A stretch of 64,000 bases of DNA from a virus (lineage: Duplodnaviria > Caudoviricetes), in IMG/VR virus record IMGVR_UViG_3300037067_027643, positions 221,745-285,744 of that record. The stretch is one strand, 5' to 3'. Of this stretch, positions 22,836 through 36,296 are shown in pieces. A program made the position numbers and the translations under genes. The first letter of the stretch is position 1; every line of letters starts with the position of its first letter. The notes beneath the pieces are model-generated. The model did not search any database. It was not told the origin of the DNA and saw only the letters and a program-made list of their open reading frames with translations.

Positions 22836-23683
22836 AGACGAATATACTTATACAACAATTAACTATGATGTTATTCAAGGTAATGATAAAATTATTAAAT
22901 GTATAAATTCTTGTATATCAAATGTTCAGTTAGATAGTGTAGAAAGAATGATTAATAATTTCAATAATATTTATAAATGTGATGATATATCAATTTTGTA
23001 TTTATTTAGGTTAGTGTACTCAAAAAGGAAAAAATTAAAAACATATTAGATGAAAAAAGAAAGTAAAACAATTTATATAGTAATGGGATCAACTGGTAAT
23101 ATATTACATGAAAATTGGTTTAAATATTCAGTAAAAGCATTTTATGATCAAGAAGAAGCTGATAAATATATTGAAAAATATACAAAAATAGTTAATATAG
23201 CTAAAGAATATTTTAGTTATTTGTATAGTAATGAATATTATACAAATAGATATACCGATTTTGAATTTGATAGAGATAATATTTACTTCTATAAATATAA
23301 TAAGTGGATAGAATTTGACAAATCATTTGTTCAGGAAATTGAATTAATTTAATAATAAATAATATGAAAGAAACAAAATTTTACAAAGATGAACTTAATG
23401 AACATTATTACAAAGAAACCGATAATTTAATTTTACATATTTTTGTATGTAGAGAAGCAAGAGATACAAAAGAATTTACATACGATGGTGATTTTATGAT
23501 ATTATGTCCTCATAATCTAAATGATCGGTGTATTAATAATGTACCAGAACTACCAACAGATAAAAAACTTAAAGAAATTACTAAAGAAGAATTTGATACA
23601 GTAGTAAAACAGGTGATATTTGATTTGGAATTATATAAATATATTAAATAAAAACAATTATAAACATTTAAAAATTAAAAAAC

Positions 23684-24157
23684 ATGACAACAACATTCTC
23701 AAAAATTAAATTACACAGTTCAGTAGATCTAATTACCAATTCATCCACAGTTATATTCACTTATAGCGGAGGTAGTTTATCAGCAGTAAAAGACCTAGTA
23801 AACGAAATGTTAAAAGTATTTGGAAAGACAGAAACATTTGATGACATATTTTATGCTGATGTATTTTGTGAAGATCTTGATACATACTTAGAAGATGATT
23901 TATATTCAAATTTTATAGAAGAAAATGAAAATGAAGCGGTAAGTGATATTAAAGTATTAGTAGATGATATTTTAACAGGTAAGGTAGAAAGACCAAAATG
24001 GATGGATGAAGTAGAGGAAGAAGAAAGTAGATGTGATTATTTTACTCCAGAAACAGCTTTATATCTTAAAGCAAAAGATGAAAAATATAACGAATTGGCA
24101 AATAAATTATTAAAATATTTAAATTCACAAACTCATGAAGCAACAAGAGATGGCTAA
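23684..24157 (+). CDS. DLITNSS-motif protein 1
   Basis: N-terminal KLHSSVDLITNSSTVIF. Confidence 0.8.
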   Translation: MTTTFSKIKLHSSVDLITNSSTVIFTYSGGSLSAVKDLVNEMLKVFGKTETFDDIFYADVFCEDLDTYLEDDLYSNFIEENENEAVSDIKVLVDDILTGKVERPKWMDEVEEEESRCDYFTPETALYLKAKDEKYNELANKLLKYLNSQTHEATRDG

Positions 24158-24632
24158 AAATAAAAAAGTAATATTCGTAATCCAACCTCAATCAATGGTT
24201 GATATTATTACGAACAGTTCTTCAGAATTATTTGTTTTTGAAGGCAAAGAAAAACAAGTGATAGAAGAAATGATTAAAGATGTTTATCCAGATTACTTAA
24301 ATGAATATGAACAACTTGTATCAATAAATGATATTAGTGACGATAATTTATATACATATTTAATTTATAAATATTGGGTTTACGATATTCATGATAATTT
24401 ATATCTATCAAAAGAATTCAATATCGACCCAAAAATTTTATATTCTAATTGGGATAATAAAAATACAGATAAGTATTGGTATCCACAATTAAGTAGTGAA
24501 GGTTGTAGATTAATAAAAGATAAAATTGATCCCAACAGACAGATGTATTTTCTTTTTAGTAAATATGACAATCCAGAATATGAATATCAAGAACTGTTAG
24601 AAAATATTGGAACTAGATATCATTTAGGTTAA
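24150..24632 (+). CDS. DLITNSS-motif protein 2
   Basis: QPQSMVDIITNSSSELF; start at 24150 or 24135. Confidence 0.8.
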   Translation: MAKNKKVIFVIQPQSMVDIITNSSSELFVFEGKEKQVIEEMIKDVYPDYLNEYEQLVSINDISDDNLYTYLIYKYWVYDIHDNLYLSKEFNIDPKILYSNWDNKNTDKYWYPQLSSEGCRLIKDKIDPNRQMYFLFSKYDNPEYEYQELLENIGTRYHLG

Positions 24633-24653
24633 TAATTATAAATATATAAAATT

Positions 24654-24983
24654 ATGAAAAAAGAAAAATTAATATTTATAAAATTGCATTCATTTGTTGA
24701 TTTAATAACAAATAGTTCAACAGAATTGTATGTAGTAGATAGTTCTAAATCGGAAGGTATTTTAAAAGAAATATTCGATTTAATTATTAAAGAAGGTAAT
24801 TCTGGTTATGATGAAACTAAAATAGAATGTTTAAAAAATTATAAATATAAAAGTGATTATATTATTCCAGAAGATTTAGATCAAAATACAGTTTTTATTT
24901 GTAATATCGATCGTGGAAATATTATTTTAATGAAAATCATAGAAAAATATTTTACAACAATTAATTTAAAATATAATGGATAA
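24654..24983 (+). CDS. DLITNSS-motif protein 3
   Basis: KLHSFVDLITNSSTELY. Confidence 0.8.
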   Translation: MKKEKLIFIKLHSFVDLITNSSTELYVVDSSKSEGILKEIFDLIIKEGNSGYDETKIECLKNYKYKSDYIIPEDLDQNTVFICNIDRGNIILMKIIEKYFTTINLKYNG

Positions 24984-25257
24984 AATAACAATAAGTAAGC
25001 CACATAGTTCTGTTGATTTAATAACCAACAGCTCTACAGTCATTTTTACAGTATCAAATAGTTATGTAAATATGATACAAGATCTAATAAGACATAGATG
25101 TCAAACATCGGATGATATGGAATGGTTTGACAAATGGTTAACGGTTATAGAAAACGAAGACGGTAACATTGAAATAGAATCATTTATAAACGATCCAGAT
25201 TGGTTTTGTGATTTTATTAATGATAATTTCAATGTAATTAATGAATGGTTTAGTTGA
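24976..25257 (+). CDS. DLITNSS-motif protein 4
   Basis: KPHSSVDLITNSSTVIF. Confidence 0.8.
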   Translation: MDKITISKPHSSVDLITNSSTVIFTVSNSYVNMIQDLIRHRCQTSDDMEWFDKWLTVIENEDGNIEIESFINDPDWFCDFINDNFNVINEWFS

Positions 25258-25265
25258 AAATTAAA

Positions 25266-25297
25266 TTTGTTTAAATAAATAATATTACTTACTTTTG
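25266..25297 (+). promoter_or_regulatory. Bacteroidota-type -33/-7 promoter
   Basis: TTTG-N20-TACTTTTG immediately before the radical SAM gene. Confidence 0.75.
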
Positions 25298-25313
25298 TAA
25301 AAATAAATAAAAC

Positions 25314-26180
25314 ATGATTAAAACAAGAATAGAACCAGAAGCGAATTATCGTGCTATTTGGTGTAATGGTAAAACACTTAGATTTGCAATAGATCCAAAG
25401 AAGCCAATTACAGAATTAAAGTACCCAGAATTTTTTGATATAATGACAACTTCCTGTTGTTCAGGGTTTTGCAAAGAATGTTATATGGATAGTTTCCCGC
25501 AACCACATTATGAAAATATCATAGAAAAAACAAGAACATTTTTTGATAATATTCCAAAAGAACATTTACCATTTCAAGTTGCACTTGGTGGAGGAGAACC
25601 AACAAGTCATCCTGATTTTATTGAACTACTTAGAGTATTAAAGGAAGAATATGATATCTGTCCTAACTATACTACAAATGGAATGTTTTGTGATTATAAA
25701 GAAGCTATATCATCTCAAAATGAAATTGATATATTAGAAGCAACTAAAAAATATTGTGGTGGAGTAGCAGTTAGTTGTCATCCGCATTTAAAAGATTATT
25801 GGGAGAGAGCTGCTAAACAATTTATACATTATGGTATAAAACTTAATTTTCATATCATTATATCAGATCGAGAATCAATTGACAACTTTGTAGAAATATA
25901 TAATGAATGGAAAGATCGAGTTGATTACTTTGTTTTGTTACCCTACGGAGTACAAGGAAGAGCTAAACAAAAAGAAATAGATTGGGAATATTTAGTAGAA
26001 CAACTTCCAGAAGAACAATCTAAAATAGCGTTTGGTGCTAACTTTTATCCATATTTACTTAAAGGAGGACATAATATTAAAGTGTGCTTGTATGAACCAG
26101 AAATAATGAGTAAATTTTTAGATTTAAAAGATATGAAACTTTATCCAAGTTCGTTTAATTTAACAGAAATAAAACAATGA
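25314..26180 (+). CDS. radical SAM enzyme
   Basis: CSGFCKECY (CxxxCxxC), ALGGGEPTSHPDF, YTTNG, VAVS; no obvious C-terminal SPASM Cys cluster. Confidence 0.92.
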   Translation: MIKTRIEPEANYRAIWCNGKTLRFAIDPKKPITELKYPEFFDIMTTSCCSGFCKECYMDSFPQPHYENIIEKTRTFFDNIPKEHLPFQVALGGGEPTSHPDFIELLRVLKEEYDICPNYTTNGMFCDYKEAISSQNEIDILEATKKYCGGVAVSCHPHLKDYWERAAKQFIHYGIKLNFHIIISDRESIDNFVEIYNEWKDRVDYFVLLPYGVQGRAKQKEIDWEYLVEQLPEEQSKIAFGANFYPYLLKGGHNIKVCLYEPEIMSKFLDLKDMKLYPSSFNLTEIKQ

Positions 26181-27338
26181 CAAATAAAGAGCAAGAAACC
26201 GTAGATAAATTACTTAGATTAGTAAATGATCTAAGAACAGAAAACAATAAGTTTAGAGAAGACATCAAACTACAAGTAGACGCTATTAATACCAAAACCA
26301 ATAATAAACATCTACCAATAGTTTTAGAACAGGATATTTTAAGAACTACTCAATTAGCAATAGATAAATCAATTCAAACTGTATTAACCGCTTATGATAG
26401 CCCACTTAATAAACTTGTAAAATCTGTAGTAGATGAAAATTCTATGGAACTAAGAAAAATAATATCAGATAGTTTTTCACAAGTAATCAAAACAGATGAT
26501 TTTAAACAATCAATTATAAGTGGATTTGCACATAAAGTAGCTAGAACTATAATTTCAAATAATGATGGGTTGTTTGATAAAGTATCTAATGAACTGAAAC
26601 AAGATAGTATATTTAAATCAAAGATGTCTTTAGCAGTTGCTAATGTAGTGGAAGAATGTTTACAAAATAAAAAGTAAATAATATGGATAAAATAGATAAA
26701 CTTAAAGAACAAATAGATCTTTTAGACAGTAAGGTTGATGCTCTAATTGATAAATTTGATAGAAAATGGTTTAAAACATATAATCCATTTAGTGAAAAGA
26801 CATTTGATCAATATAACAAAGAAAGAAATGATTATTGTCAACCACATTTGGAAGAATTAATAAAATTAAAATTGGAATATCGATTAACAAAACCGTATAA
26901 ATTAGAACCAGTTCCAGATTATGGTGATGTAATGTCTTTAATTGATTTTATAGATTGTGTAAAAGAAGGAGGTTTTATTGATTATGATGGGTATGGAAGA
27001 TATATTATAAATAATTATATGACAGATATTGAAATTTATCCAACTGATGTAAAAAATAATTATTTAAGAAAAGAATTTGATACTATTATTTGGTTTAATA
27101 GATAGAAATATGACACTATCAGAAAATATACAATCAACTTTAGATTCTGGTTTTGTAGTAGAATCTATTGAAACAGGAATAAGGATACAAAAAACAAATG
27201 ATACTTATTATTTACAAGACAGAGATGAACAGTTAAAATTTACTGAGTGGAGTGAAATATTTAGTTATTTTATAAAGTGTCATTTCCTAGAGTTGCAAAA
27301 GAAGTACGAAGATAGTGAAGAAGATAATTAAAAATAAA

Positions 27339-27370
27339 TTTGGTAATATAAAATAAATTGTTTAATTTTG
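27339..27370 (+). promoter_or_regulatory. Bacteroidota-type -33/-7 promoter
   Basis: TTTG-N20-TAATTTTG. Confidence 0.8.
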
Positions 27371-27593
27371 TAAAAAGAATATAATGGAAAATAAAAATAA
27401 TCTTATTAGGAGAAATACTATATTAGATTTAATATCATATGAGATATATTGTGAAGAAAAACGAATAGAAAATATGTCTGAATGTAAGTTAAAAGAAAAG
27501 AAAAAATATTTAATTATAAAATTAAATGATCTAAAAGAAAAAGTTGAAGAATTAAAGGGCATTTAAATAAATTGTTTAATTTTGTAAAAAGAA
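27351..27593 (+). repeat. 29-bp perfect direct repeat flanking ORF 27384-27566
   Basis: AAATAAATTGTTTAATTTTGTAAAAAGAA at 27351-27379 and 27565-27593. Confidence 0.85.
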
Positions 27594-30500
27594 ATATATG
27601 GAATCAAATTTAAAAGAATTATATGTTATTGTTTTATGTGGTTGTGAAGGAATAGATTCATTAGTTTATGCTACGTTAGATAAAGAAGACGCCGTTAATG
27701 CAATAAAAACTTTAAAAAACGATATTACAAAAGCAATAGAACATCAAAATAAAGTATTTGAAGAATTTGGGAGTGAAGAAAATGAACAATGGAATACAGT
27801 ATGGGATAGAATGTATTTTAATAAAGAAATCACAAATAAAGAACATGATGATGCCTGCTTCAAAGATCCGGATGCATATTGTATTAGAAAATGGAATGGA
27901 ATAGAATTTTCGTGCGTATGTAGTGAATTAGGATGTAGTCCAAGTAAACCGTGGTTAATGTAGATAATTAAAAATAATAATAATGGAAAATAACAAAGAA
28001 ATAGTAGAATCAGTAAAATTCAAATGTATGGATTGCAAACACTTTCATCAGATCACTTATTCAATAGGACAAGGATCTGAAACAATGTATTGTCTAAAAA
28101 ATCCAACTATGTATCTTAAGAAATTTGAATATATAGTAGATTGCAATCAATTTGAAGCAAAAGGTAGTAGAACAAAATTAAATGACTAAATAATATGAAA
28201 TGGAAAGTTAAATACCCAACTATCGGTGATACAAGAATCATAAAAAGATTTTTGTTTTTACCTCGTTGTATAGAAGGCGAGGTTAGATGGTTAGAATTTG
28301 TCAAAATTAAACAGATGTATAAAATAAATTATATGGATGCAGATAGTTGGTATGATATAGCGTTTGTTGATTAAAGTTTTAAAATTATGAACGTCAAAAA
28401 AGAAGTATTAGATAAGTGTAAGTCAATGGTTCAAAAAGAACTAAACGAAGTTCAATACAAAATTCGTTGTAATAAATATAAAATAAACGAATTGTCCAAA
28501 GAACAGAGAGTATTAAAAGCAGAATTAGGTCGATTATTTGAAATAAGAAATTCATTAAAATAAAAATAAATCATGAAACAATTATCATTTAGAAAAAACG
28601 TAATGTGGATAGGATTAACAACCATCTTTCCAATGCTATTTTCGCTATTATTTTACCTATTACAGAGATATAATATAATGTATGTAGGAAACCTATGGAT
28701 AACATTACCTTTGATATTAGCTAGTATATTATGGGTGTTTGCTATTATTGTAACTATCAAAGATCATTATAAAAACAAAAGTGATGAAAAGATTGAATAA
28801 ATTTTGGGCAATCAATATTGTAATAGGATTCGTAATGCTATGTTTGTGGAACTATTGTGATTTAATTGGAAAGATAGGTTATTTATGGATGATGACAAGT
28901 ATAATGATGACAATTTATAAAATCAAATAAAAATATAAAAAAGAAAATTATGACAACAACATTAATTATTTTAATATCCTTTATAATTTGGTTAATTATA
29001 GGATTTATAAGTTTTGTTTACTGGTGGACTAGAGATTGCGGTAATATTACAACAAAAGAATTATCTTATCTTTTTACATTTTCTATACTTGGAATAATCT
29101 CTTGGTTTATTGGGTATGGAATTCATAGAATGACGTTAGAAAAACCCAAAAAATATAAAGAACCTATGATATTATTTAAAAGTAGAATAGATAATTATTA
29201 AAATAAATGAAACTAACCGAAGAACAAATTAAACAAAATAATAATATTCCTACATCAGAAATTGAAGATGATATTTATGAAACTCAATATGAAATTGATC
29301 AATATGAATCAGAACTTAAACCATTAAGAAATAATCCAGTCGAAAACAAGTTGAGTATTTATATGAAAGAAGGAAACATTTTAAAACGCAAAGATTTTAT
29401 AGACGAATTAAATCAAATATTAGAATATAGAAAAATAAAATTATGAAAAATCAAAAAGAATACGATAGTTTAGTTGTATTATACGATACAGTTAAAAATT
29501 TAATTAAAACATATAAATTTAATAAAAAAGCAGAACAGAAAAGACTTAAGAATATTCATATTAATACACTTCCTCCTTATTCTGGAGATGATCTAGTTAG
29601 TGCTAGAATTGATGAAGAGATCACTAATATTGATATATTTATTATGGACTTAAAGAAAATAAAAAATAAAATAATCGAATTAAATAATATTGATAATGAA
29701 ACTAATTAAAATTGAAGTAAATAAAGAATGTGATAAAACAATGATTCTAGGTGAGTTAGAATTATATCCTGTTACTCTTACATTCAAAACATTATTTGGT
29801 AAAGTAAAAACTGTTTTAGCTTATCCAACCAGTTATGGTCCAACTTACTGGAGTAATTTTATTCATTTTTACTATTATATTGATGAAACTGGAAAACAAT
29901 TAAGCGGCAATATATCAGAGAAAATAACAAATTTTTGTAAAACATTAAGATTTAAATAATTATGAATCAATTAAATTATAACTTAGAAAAATTAATTAGA
30001 ATATCTGTAGTAGATGTTAAAAAGAGTAATACTTACGAATATATCAAAGGTCATTATAATTTTTGGGGTAAATTTATACCCACTTACATAGAATACAGAG
30101 ATGGTCTTGTATATGAAAAAACTAAGAATATTGATGAACTACCAGATAATTTGTTTTTAAAGGATAATATAATATATAAAAAATCAAAATGTGTATTAGA
30201 ATTTCAAGATCATTATCAATATACATATTGGTTTGAAACATATCAACACGCTATATATAAAGCAAACGAAATAAAAACATTATCAGGAAATAGGTATTTA
30301 ACTATAAATTAATAAATTAATTATGAAAAAGAAACTAAGTAAAGAAGAATTCAAAGCAAAAAGAGAAGCAGCTAAATTCAAAAGAAATGAAATAGATTCT
30401 CATACAGTAAAAATGAGTAGAATAAATGGTACTTATGTAGAGCCAACAAAAATAAATAAGTAAAGATATGAAAAAGTTCGAGAAAATAGTACAATTAGAA

Positions 30501-33500
30501 TTAAATAACACATTATTAAGAAATGAAGTAGCAAACCTAAGAAAGTCAAATTTAAGATATGAAGAATTACTCAAAACTTTATTATGGACTAAAGAATTAC
30601 CTAATAATGATACAATGAAAAAATTAGCTATTCCAGTTCCAACAAAACAAGAAGATATTAATATTAAATATCCACCAACCAAATTTGAGTTTAAACCAGA
30701 AATCGTAGAATTAAAAGATAGTAAATATATAACATCAATCATTCACATTAGAAATGATAATCAATATAATCATGTAAACGCTACCTTAGTTGGAATTGTA
30801 AAAGAAAATAAACTAAATATTGGTATTTCATTTTGTCATGAAAAAGATAATTTCTCTAAAAAAGTAGGTAGAGAACAAGCATTAGATAGAGCTATAAATA
30901 ATCCAATAGTGTTTCCTTGGTTAAAGACCTCAAATCCAAAAGAAATTAAAATGTTTTTATATGAATTTGCCGAACTATGTAAGAATACTAAAAATACATT
31001 AGTTGAAAATCTTTACAATACTAATAAAAATAAATAAGTATGGATATACATATAAAAGAATTAGTAAAAGATGAACTACAATTTTGTGAAGAACTTGATT
31101 GTGTTAAAAATGAACATGGAGTGTATATTTATAAAAGTTCAAATGAAGTACATAGTTTTAACTTACCTCTGCTATTAAGCCATTATAAAGATTGGTTAAT
31201 TGATAATAATATAGTTAAAGGAATTGATATAGATTTAGAAAATAAAAGATATCCAACCGACAAAGAAATTCAAAAAAGAGGTAATGATTATGCGGATGGT
31301 TGTAATCATGAATATAGTGAAAATCCATTATCACCTTATTACCAATGCGCAGAAGATTTTATAAATGGAGCCAGATGGTTGAAAAAATATATTAAGAAAA
31401 ATAATGAAAAAACAAAAAATCGAACTAATAAGAAGTCTTGAAAGAGATTGTGGATTTCAACGATTTAAAGTCAATATTAAATCTAATGAAGAAGATATTA
31501 ATAATGTATTAAATTATGTTAGAAGTATTATAATTGAATTAAATGATCATTATAAACAAGATATTAATAATTTATTAGAACATGAAAAATAAAAGATATC
31601 CAATGTGCAAAGATCAAATAGCACAAATAGATTGTAGACAAGAAGAATGTAAATACCATAAAAATGCTTGTTGTACTAATATAAGTCCAGCAATATCACT
31701 ATATTCAAATGGAAATTTTGTTTGTTGGAGTTACAAACATAAAAAGAAATAATATTATGATTGAAAAAGACAACGACTATCTTTGGAGACAATTTATAAA
31801 ATTAGGTGATATGATGGGAAACGGACTACATCATGAACCAGATGGTAAATGGATAATTAAAGAATATAATAAATTAGCTAAAATTTTAATACCAGAAATA
31901 AAAGAACAAAATAAAGAAAAACGTAAATTAAAATCAGAACATATAAATAAACAAATGCAAATATTGCTATTAACCAAAAAATGTCATTGCGGAGGACAAT
32001 TAGAACAATCAAGAAGTGGTAGTAAAGTTTGCTATTGTAAAGATTGTAAGAGTAGATACATAGCCAAAAATAAATAAAATAATAAAATGAAAATAAACAT
32101 TAAAGACTTAGTAAAAGATAAAACAGCAAAATTATCATATATTTGTAACTGTATAGCTTATTTTGAAATAGATGAAAAATATCAGTTTCCAATTAATTTA
32201 ACAACGGATGAATGGAAAACTACATATCTATATACAGAATATAAAGCTATCACATTAATGAGATGGATAAGAATAGCTATAAACAATGAAACATTAATAA
32301 TTTTAAAATAGTAAAATGAAAACATCAGAAGAAATAAACATTAAAGTTCTGAAAACTAAAAAATTGTTTGATAAAAAACTTATTGAATATAATAAAATAC
32401 GTCAAAATGGAGCAGTAGATGGTTCTTGGAATCGATTAGAATCTGAATTACAAGAGTTAAATGGTATGTTAAAAGCTTTTAAATGGATAATAAATCATAA
32501 ATAATATAAATCATGAAATATAGAATTAAAATCATAACTTATAAAAGTGGTAGAAAAACATATTCTCCACAGTTTAAAACATTTTTTGGATATAAAGGAT
32601 TGTCATATACAGGTGAAACAAGACCGTTTAGTTTAGAACTAGAATCTAGAGAACAAGCATTAACTTTTATTGATTATCATTATAATGGTAATAGTAAAGT
32701 ACAAACAATTGAAGTTGAATATATAACAAAATAACAATTAAATTATGAGTATAGATACAAACTTACATGTTGGACCATATTTAGTTCAACTAAAAACAAA
32801 AGAAACCGAAGTAGAAAAGACAATTAAAACATGTTCAAATGATAATTGTCAAATAAATATTAATAATGAGAGACAAACTTCGAAATTTTGTCCAAATTGT
32901 GGTAGTCCGGTTTTAGAAAAAATATATATTGAAACAGAAATAATGGATATCTGTGATATTTTGTGTAATAATGAAGAATTTGAAAACGAATTAAGTAATA
33001 TAGATCAAATGGGTTGTAGAAAAGATAATATTATTATTTCTAATGGAGGATCTCCTTTTGACGAAGATAGATGGACAGAAGATGATGATATTTGTGATCT
33101 AACCAATGTAAACGTACAGGAAGAAATTGAATGGTTTAAAAATGAATATAAAACTATTTTAGAAGCAATAGAAAAAGAATTAGGTGAAAATGCTTATGAA
33201 ATAAAATACGGAGTCATACAATGGTATAGTTAAAATTTATAAAATTAAAATGGGACAAATTATAGAAGAACAATCATTTGAAAGAGATGAAGATTATGGT
33301 ATAGATATTAAAATTACTCAAAAATGTGAATATAATAGCATATCAGAATGGATCATAGTAGAAACGGATGGACAACAATTAAGTTTACCTACTTTTGAAT
33401 GGAGAATGTTATATAATTTAATCAATAAATGTTTAGAAATGAAAGGACACAAATTATGAAAAATTTTACAGATAATGATGCACAAGAATTCGGTGATAAA

Positions 33501-35484
33501 TTAGTTGATACAGTAAATAAAATAACTGCTGGGCACATGATACCTCCATAAAATATCGATAAAGAAAAGGAAGAATCATTTAAGAAATGGGTTGATAAAT
33601 TACACAATGATATAAATTCAATTACTGGTAAAGAAATGTTGGACTTTTTAAATAATAATTGGGTTGTAGATAAAGATGGAAATATTAATAAAATAAATTT
33701 AAAGAAATGAAAATAACAAAAAATTTAACTTGGGAACCCAATTTTAATAATCAAATAGAAACAGAACATAAAACATTTATACTTACTATCAATAAAAAAG
33801 AAGTAGAAATAAATTGCAACTGGGATTATGGTTGGGCTGGTAGAGGAAGTGAAACAATGGTTCTCGGTTTAGAAGAATTAAAACAATTAATTAATGAAAT
33901 AGAAAATAGTTAAAATTATGGAAGACAACTTAACAATAATTCTAAGACAGTTTGAACGACTTAAAGGACAATTGGTTATTACCGCGTCTTGGGAAATAGA
34001 AAGATTAATAGCAATAAGTTCAGATAAATGGGACTATTATTATGTAACTTACAATGGAAGAAAACTAATATTTAATAGCTGTGTAAGTAGATTGATACAA
34101 TTAAAAGATAAAATTGATAAAGAAGATTATAATGAATTGATACGTATAGCTAAATTAAACAATTACGATTATATAGTAAAAGATGAAAAAGATAGAAAAC
34201 AAATTAGAGATGATTTATTATCAGTGTTTTACGACGATGATACAGAAATATTATTAACTGAGGTATTTTGGGAATTAAACTAACTTAAATTAAAAAATTA
34301 TGAAAATAGCATTATTAAAAGAAGTAAGATTAACATTTGAAGGCAATTATACAAGTTATCAGAAATAATAAAAGAAGGAACAATATAATGGAAAAGCCAA
34401 AAAGAAATTATGAATTAATAATAACAGTAAGTTCAAATAATAAAGAAGATTTATTTAATACGTTAAAAAACTGTTATAATACTGTTACTTCTGAATTAGA
34501 TTGTAGTTCTTGTGGTGGACAATGGGATTATATAGAATATAACGCAAAATTTTATAAAAACGATGAAATGACCAAAGAAAAATATAATATAGAACGAGAA
34601 AAATTTTCAAAAGAAATTATTAATCATAGTGAAAATTATTATTTTTGTAAGAAGTGTGGTAATTGGAATGAAATAGAAAAACAAATAAAATTATGATAAC
34701 AGAAAAAGATTGTGATTTAGACACATTAAACTATATCAAACAACGATTCGATATATTTAGTGATCTTAGTACTACGTGCCAAGGATATAAGTCATTATGT
34801 AGATTGATAAAACAATTAGAAAACAATCCAAGACCAAAACGTACTCCATTGGTAATGGAAGAAAACTTTGGTATAAATACATGGGAGGAAATGGAGGACT
34901 TACATAAAAGATTTAAAGAATAACAAAATAAAAATAAAGATTTGGAAAATAATAAATAATTTTGTATATTAAAACAATTAAAATTTAAAATTATGACACT
35001 ATTATTTAGAAATTGGTTAGAAGAAGGATATTACGAAGAAGATGGATTAGGTGATTTAACAAAAATAGAAGAATCAAAAGATATATATGAAGCATTTAAC
35101 AATGGTACATTATATGAACACGATGGATTGGCAATGACAAAGTTTATGATAAAGATACAATTAAAAATAAAGAAAATAACTAAATAAAAATATTATGGAA
35201 TATTCAATAGAACAAATAGAAAAATGGAAATCAAAAGCTGAAAAATGGGATAAACTTAGTGAAGAAATTGCTAAATGCTATCCAACAGATTATGATAATG
35301 AAGGTAATGAATTAGGAACAGAATATCCAGATGCGGATTTAGGTACAATTGGAGAATTAGCGGCTATAGCATTTGGATGGTTATAATTAAAGATATAATA
35401 CTATATAACAATTATTTTTCATATTACGTTTCATTTTAAAGTTAATAATTAAATTTAGTTTAACAAACCCCGTTATTAGTATTT

Positions 35485-35523
35485 AAAAAGAGGACTCTAA
35501 ATCCAATTAGAAATCCTCTTTTT
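35485..35523. terminator. bidirectional intrinsic terminator candidate
   Basis: AAAAAGAGGA...TCCTCTTTTT between convergent genes. Confidence 0.7.
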
Positions 35524-35548
35524 CCTTTTAAAAACATTAATAAATTAA

Positions 35549-36109
35549 TCAATCTAATTTAAAAATAAACGCCTTAGCCTTCCAAACAGCACCTGTATTA
35601 TCCGATACATTATTATCAAAGATAGAACTAGTAGTATGAGTCCAACTGTCATTACCAGCCATCTGTATAGCTTTATAACCACTCCCATAAACACTTTCAA
35701 CAAATACATTGTCAAGTGTTAATGAAGAAGTAAAATCATGCTTTATCGATAACTGATTATATCCTATTACCAAATGATCATTATGTTCTGGAACATCGTT
35801 ACCAACTATATCTTCATTATTAACAGTAACAGTTACATTATTACAATCATCAATATAAATAACATTGGTTGATCCGTTAACCTGCCAGTTTTTCTCTGCT
35901 ACTTTAAAATATTGATTTGTACCACACTGATTGAAATATCCAACTTGTGTATCGCTACAACCTACAAAATTAAAAACGGTTGTTTCACTATATACAGAAG
36001 CAGTAAAAATAGGAACACTCATATAATCAAATGTTTGTTCATGTCGTTGAAGTGATCCCACATAAGAATCGGTTGAACTGGTGTACATACAGAATTCGTT
36101 GTTTTTCAT
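35549..36109 (-). CDS. hypothetical protein, possibly virion-associated
   Basis: 186 aa, S/T/N/V-rich and Lys-poor, unlike neighbours; opposite strand. Confidence 0.55.
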   Translation of the reverse strand: MKNNEFCMYTSSTDSYVGSLQRHEQTFDYMSVPIFTASVYSETTVFNFVGCSDTQVGYFNQCGTNQYFKVAEKNWQVNGSTNVIYIDDCNNVTVTVNNEDIVGNDVPEHNDHLVIGYNQLSIKHDFTSSLTLDNVFVESVYGSGYKAIQMAGNDSWTHTTSSIFDNNVSDNTGAVWKAKAFIFKLD

Positions 36110-36228
36110 TTTTAAAATCCTTTCTTTAGTTATTATATTTTGGTTTATATTGTATAAGTAGTAAAAGAAAAAATAAAATGTTTGGAAGGACTGGTATTAT
36201 TGAGAAATCAAAAATAAATGAAAATAAA

Positions 36229-36260
36229 TTTGGTAGTGTGAAAAATTATATGTATCTTTG
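36229..36260 (+). promoter_or_regulatory. Bacteroidota-type -33/-7 promoter
   Basis: TTTG-N20-TATCTTTG. Confidence 0.85.
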
Positions 36261-36296
36261 TACTATAAATTTTAAAAACAATTAAAAATAAACAAT

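Larger units (their letters stand above)
26177..35386 (+). other. long array of ~30 small hypothetical genes, incl. coiled-coil, membrane and Zn-ribbon proteins
   Basis: Abutting or overlapping ORFs with A-rich leaders; no confident functions. Confidence 0.65.

Noticed and set aside
23684-25257. Diversity-generating retroelement or recent tandem duplication explaining the shared motif
   Set aside because: Nucleotide copies differ at synonymous sites without adenine-specific bias, and there is no RT gene in the window.
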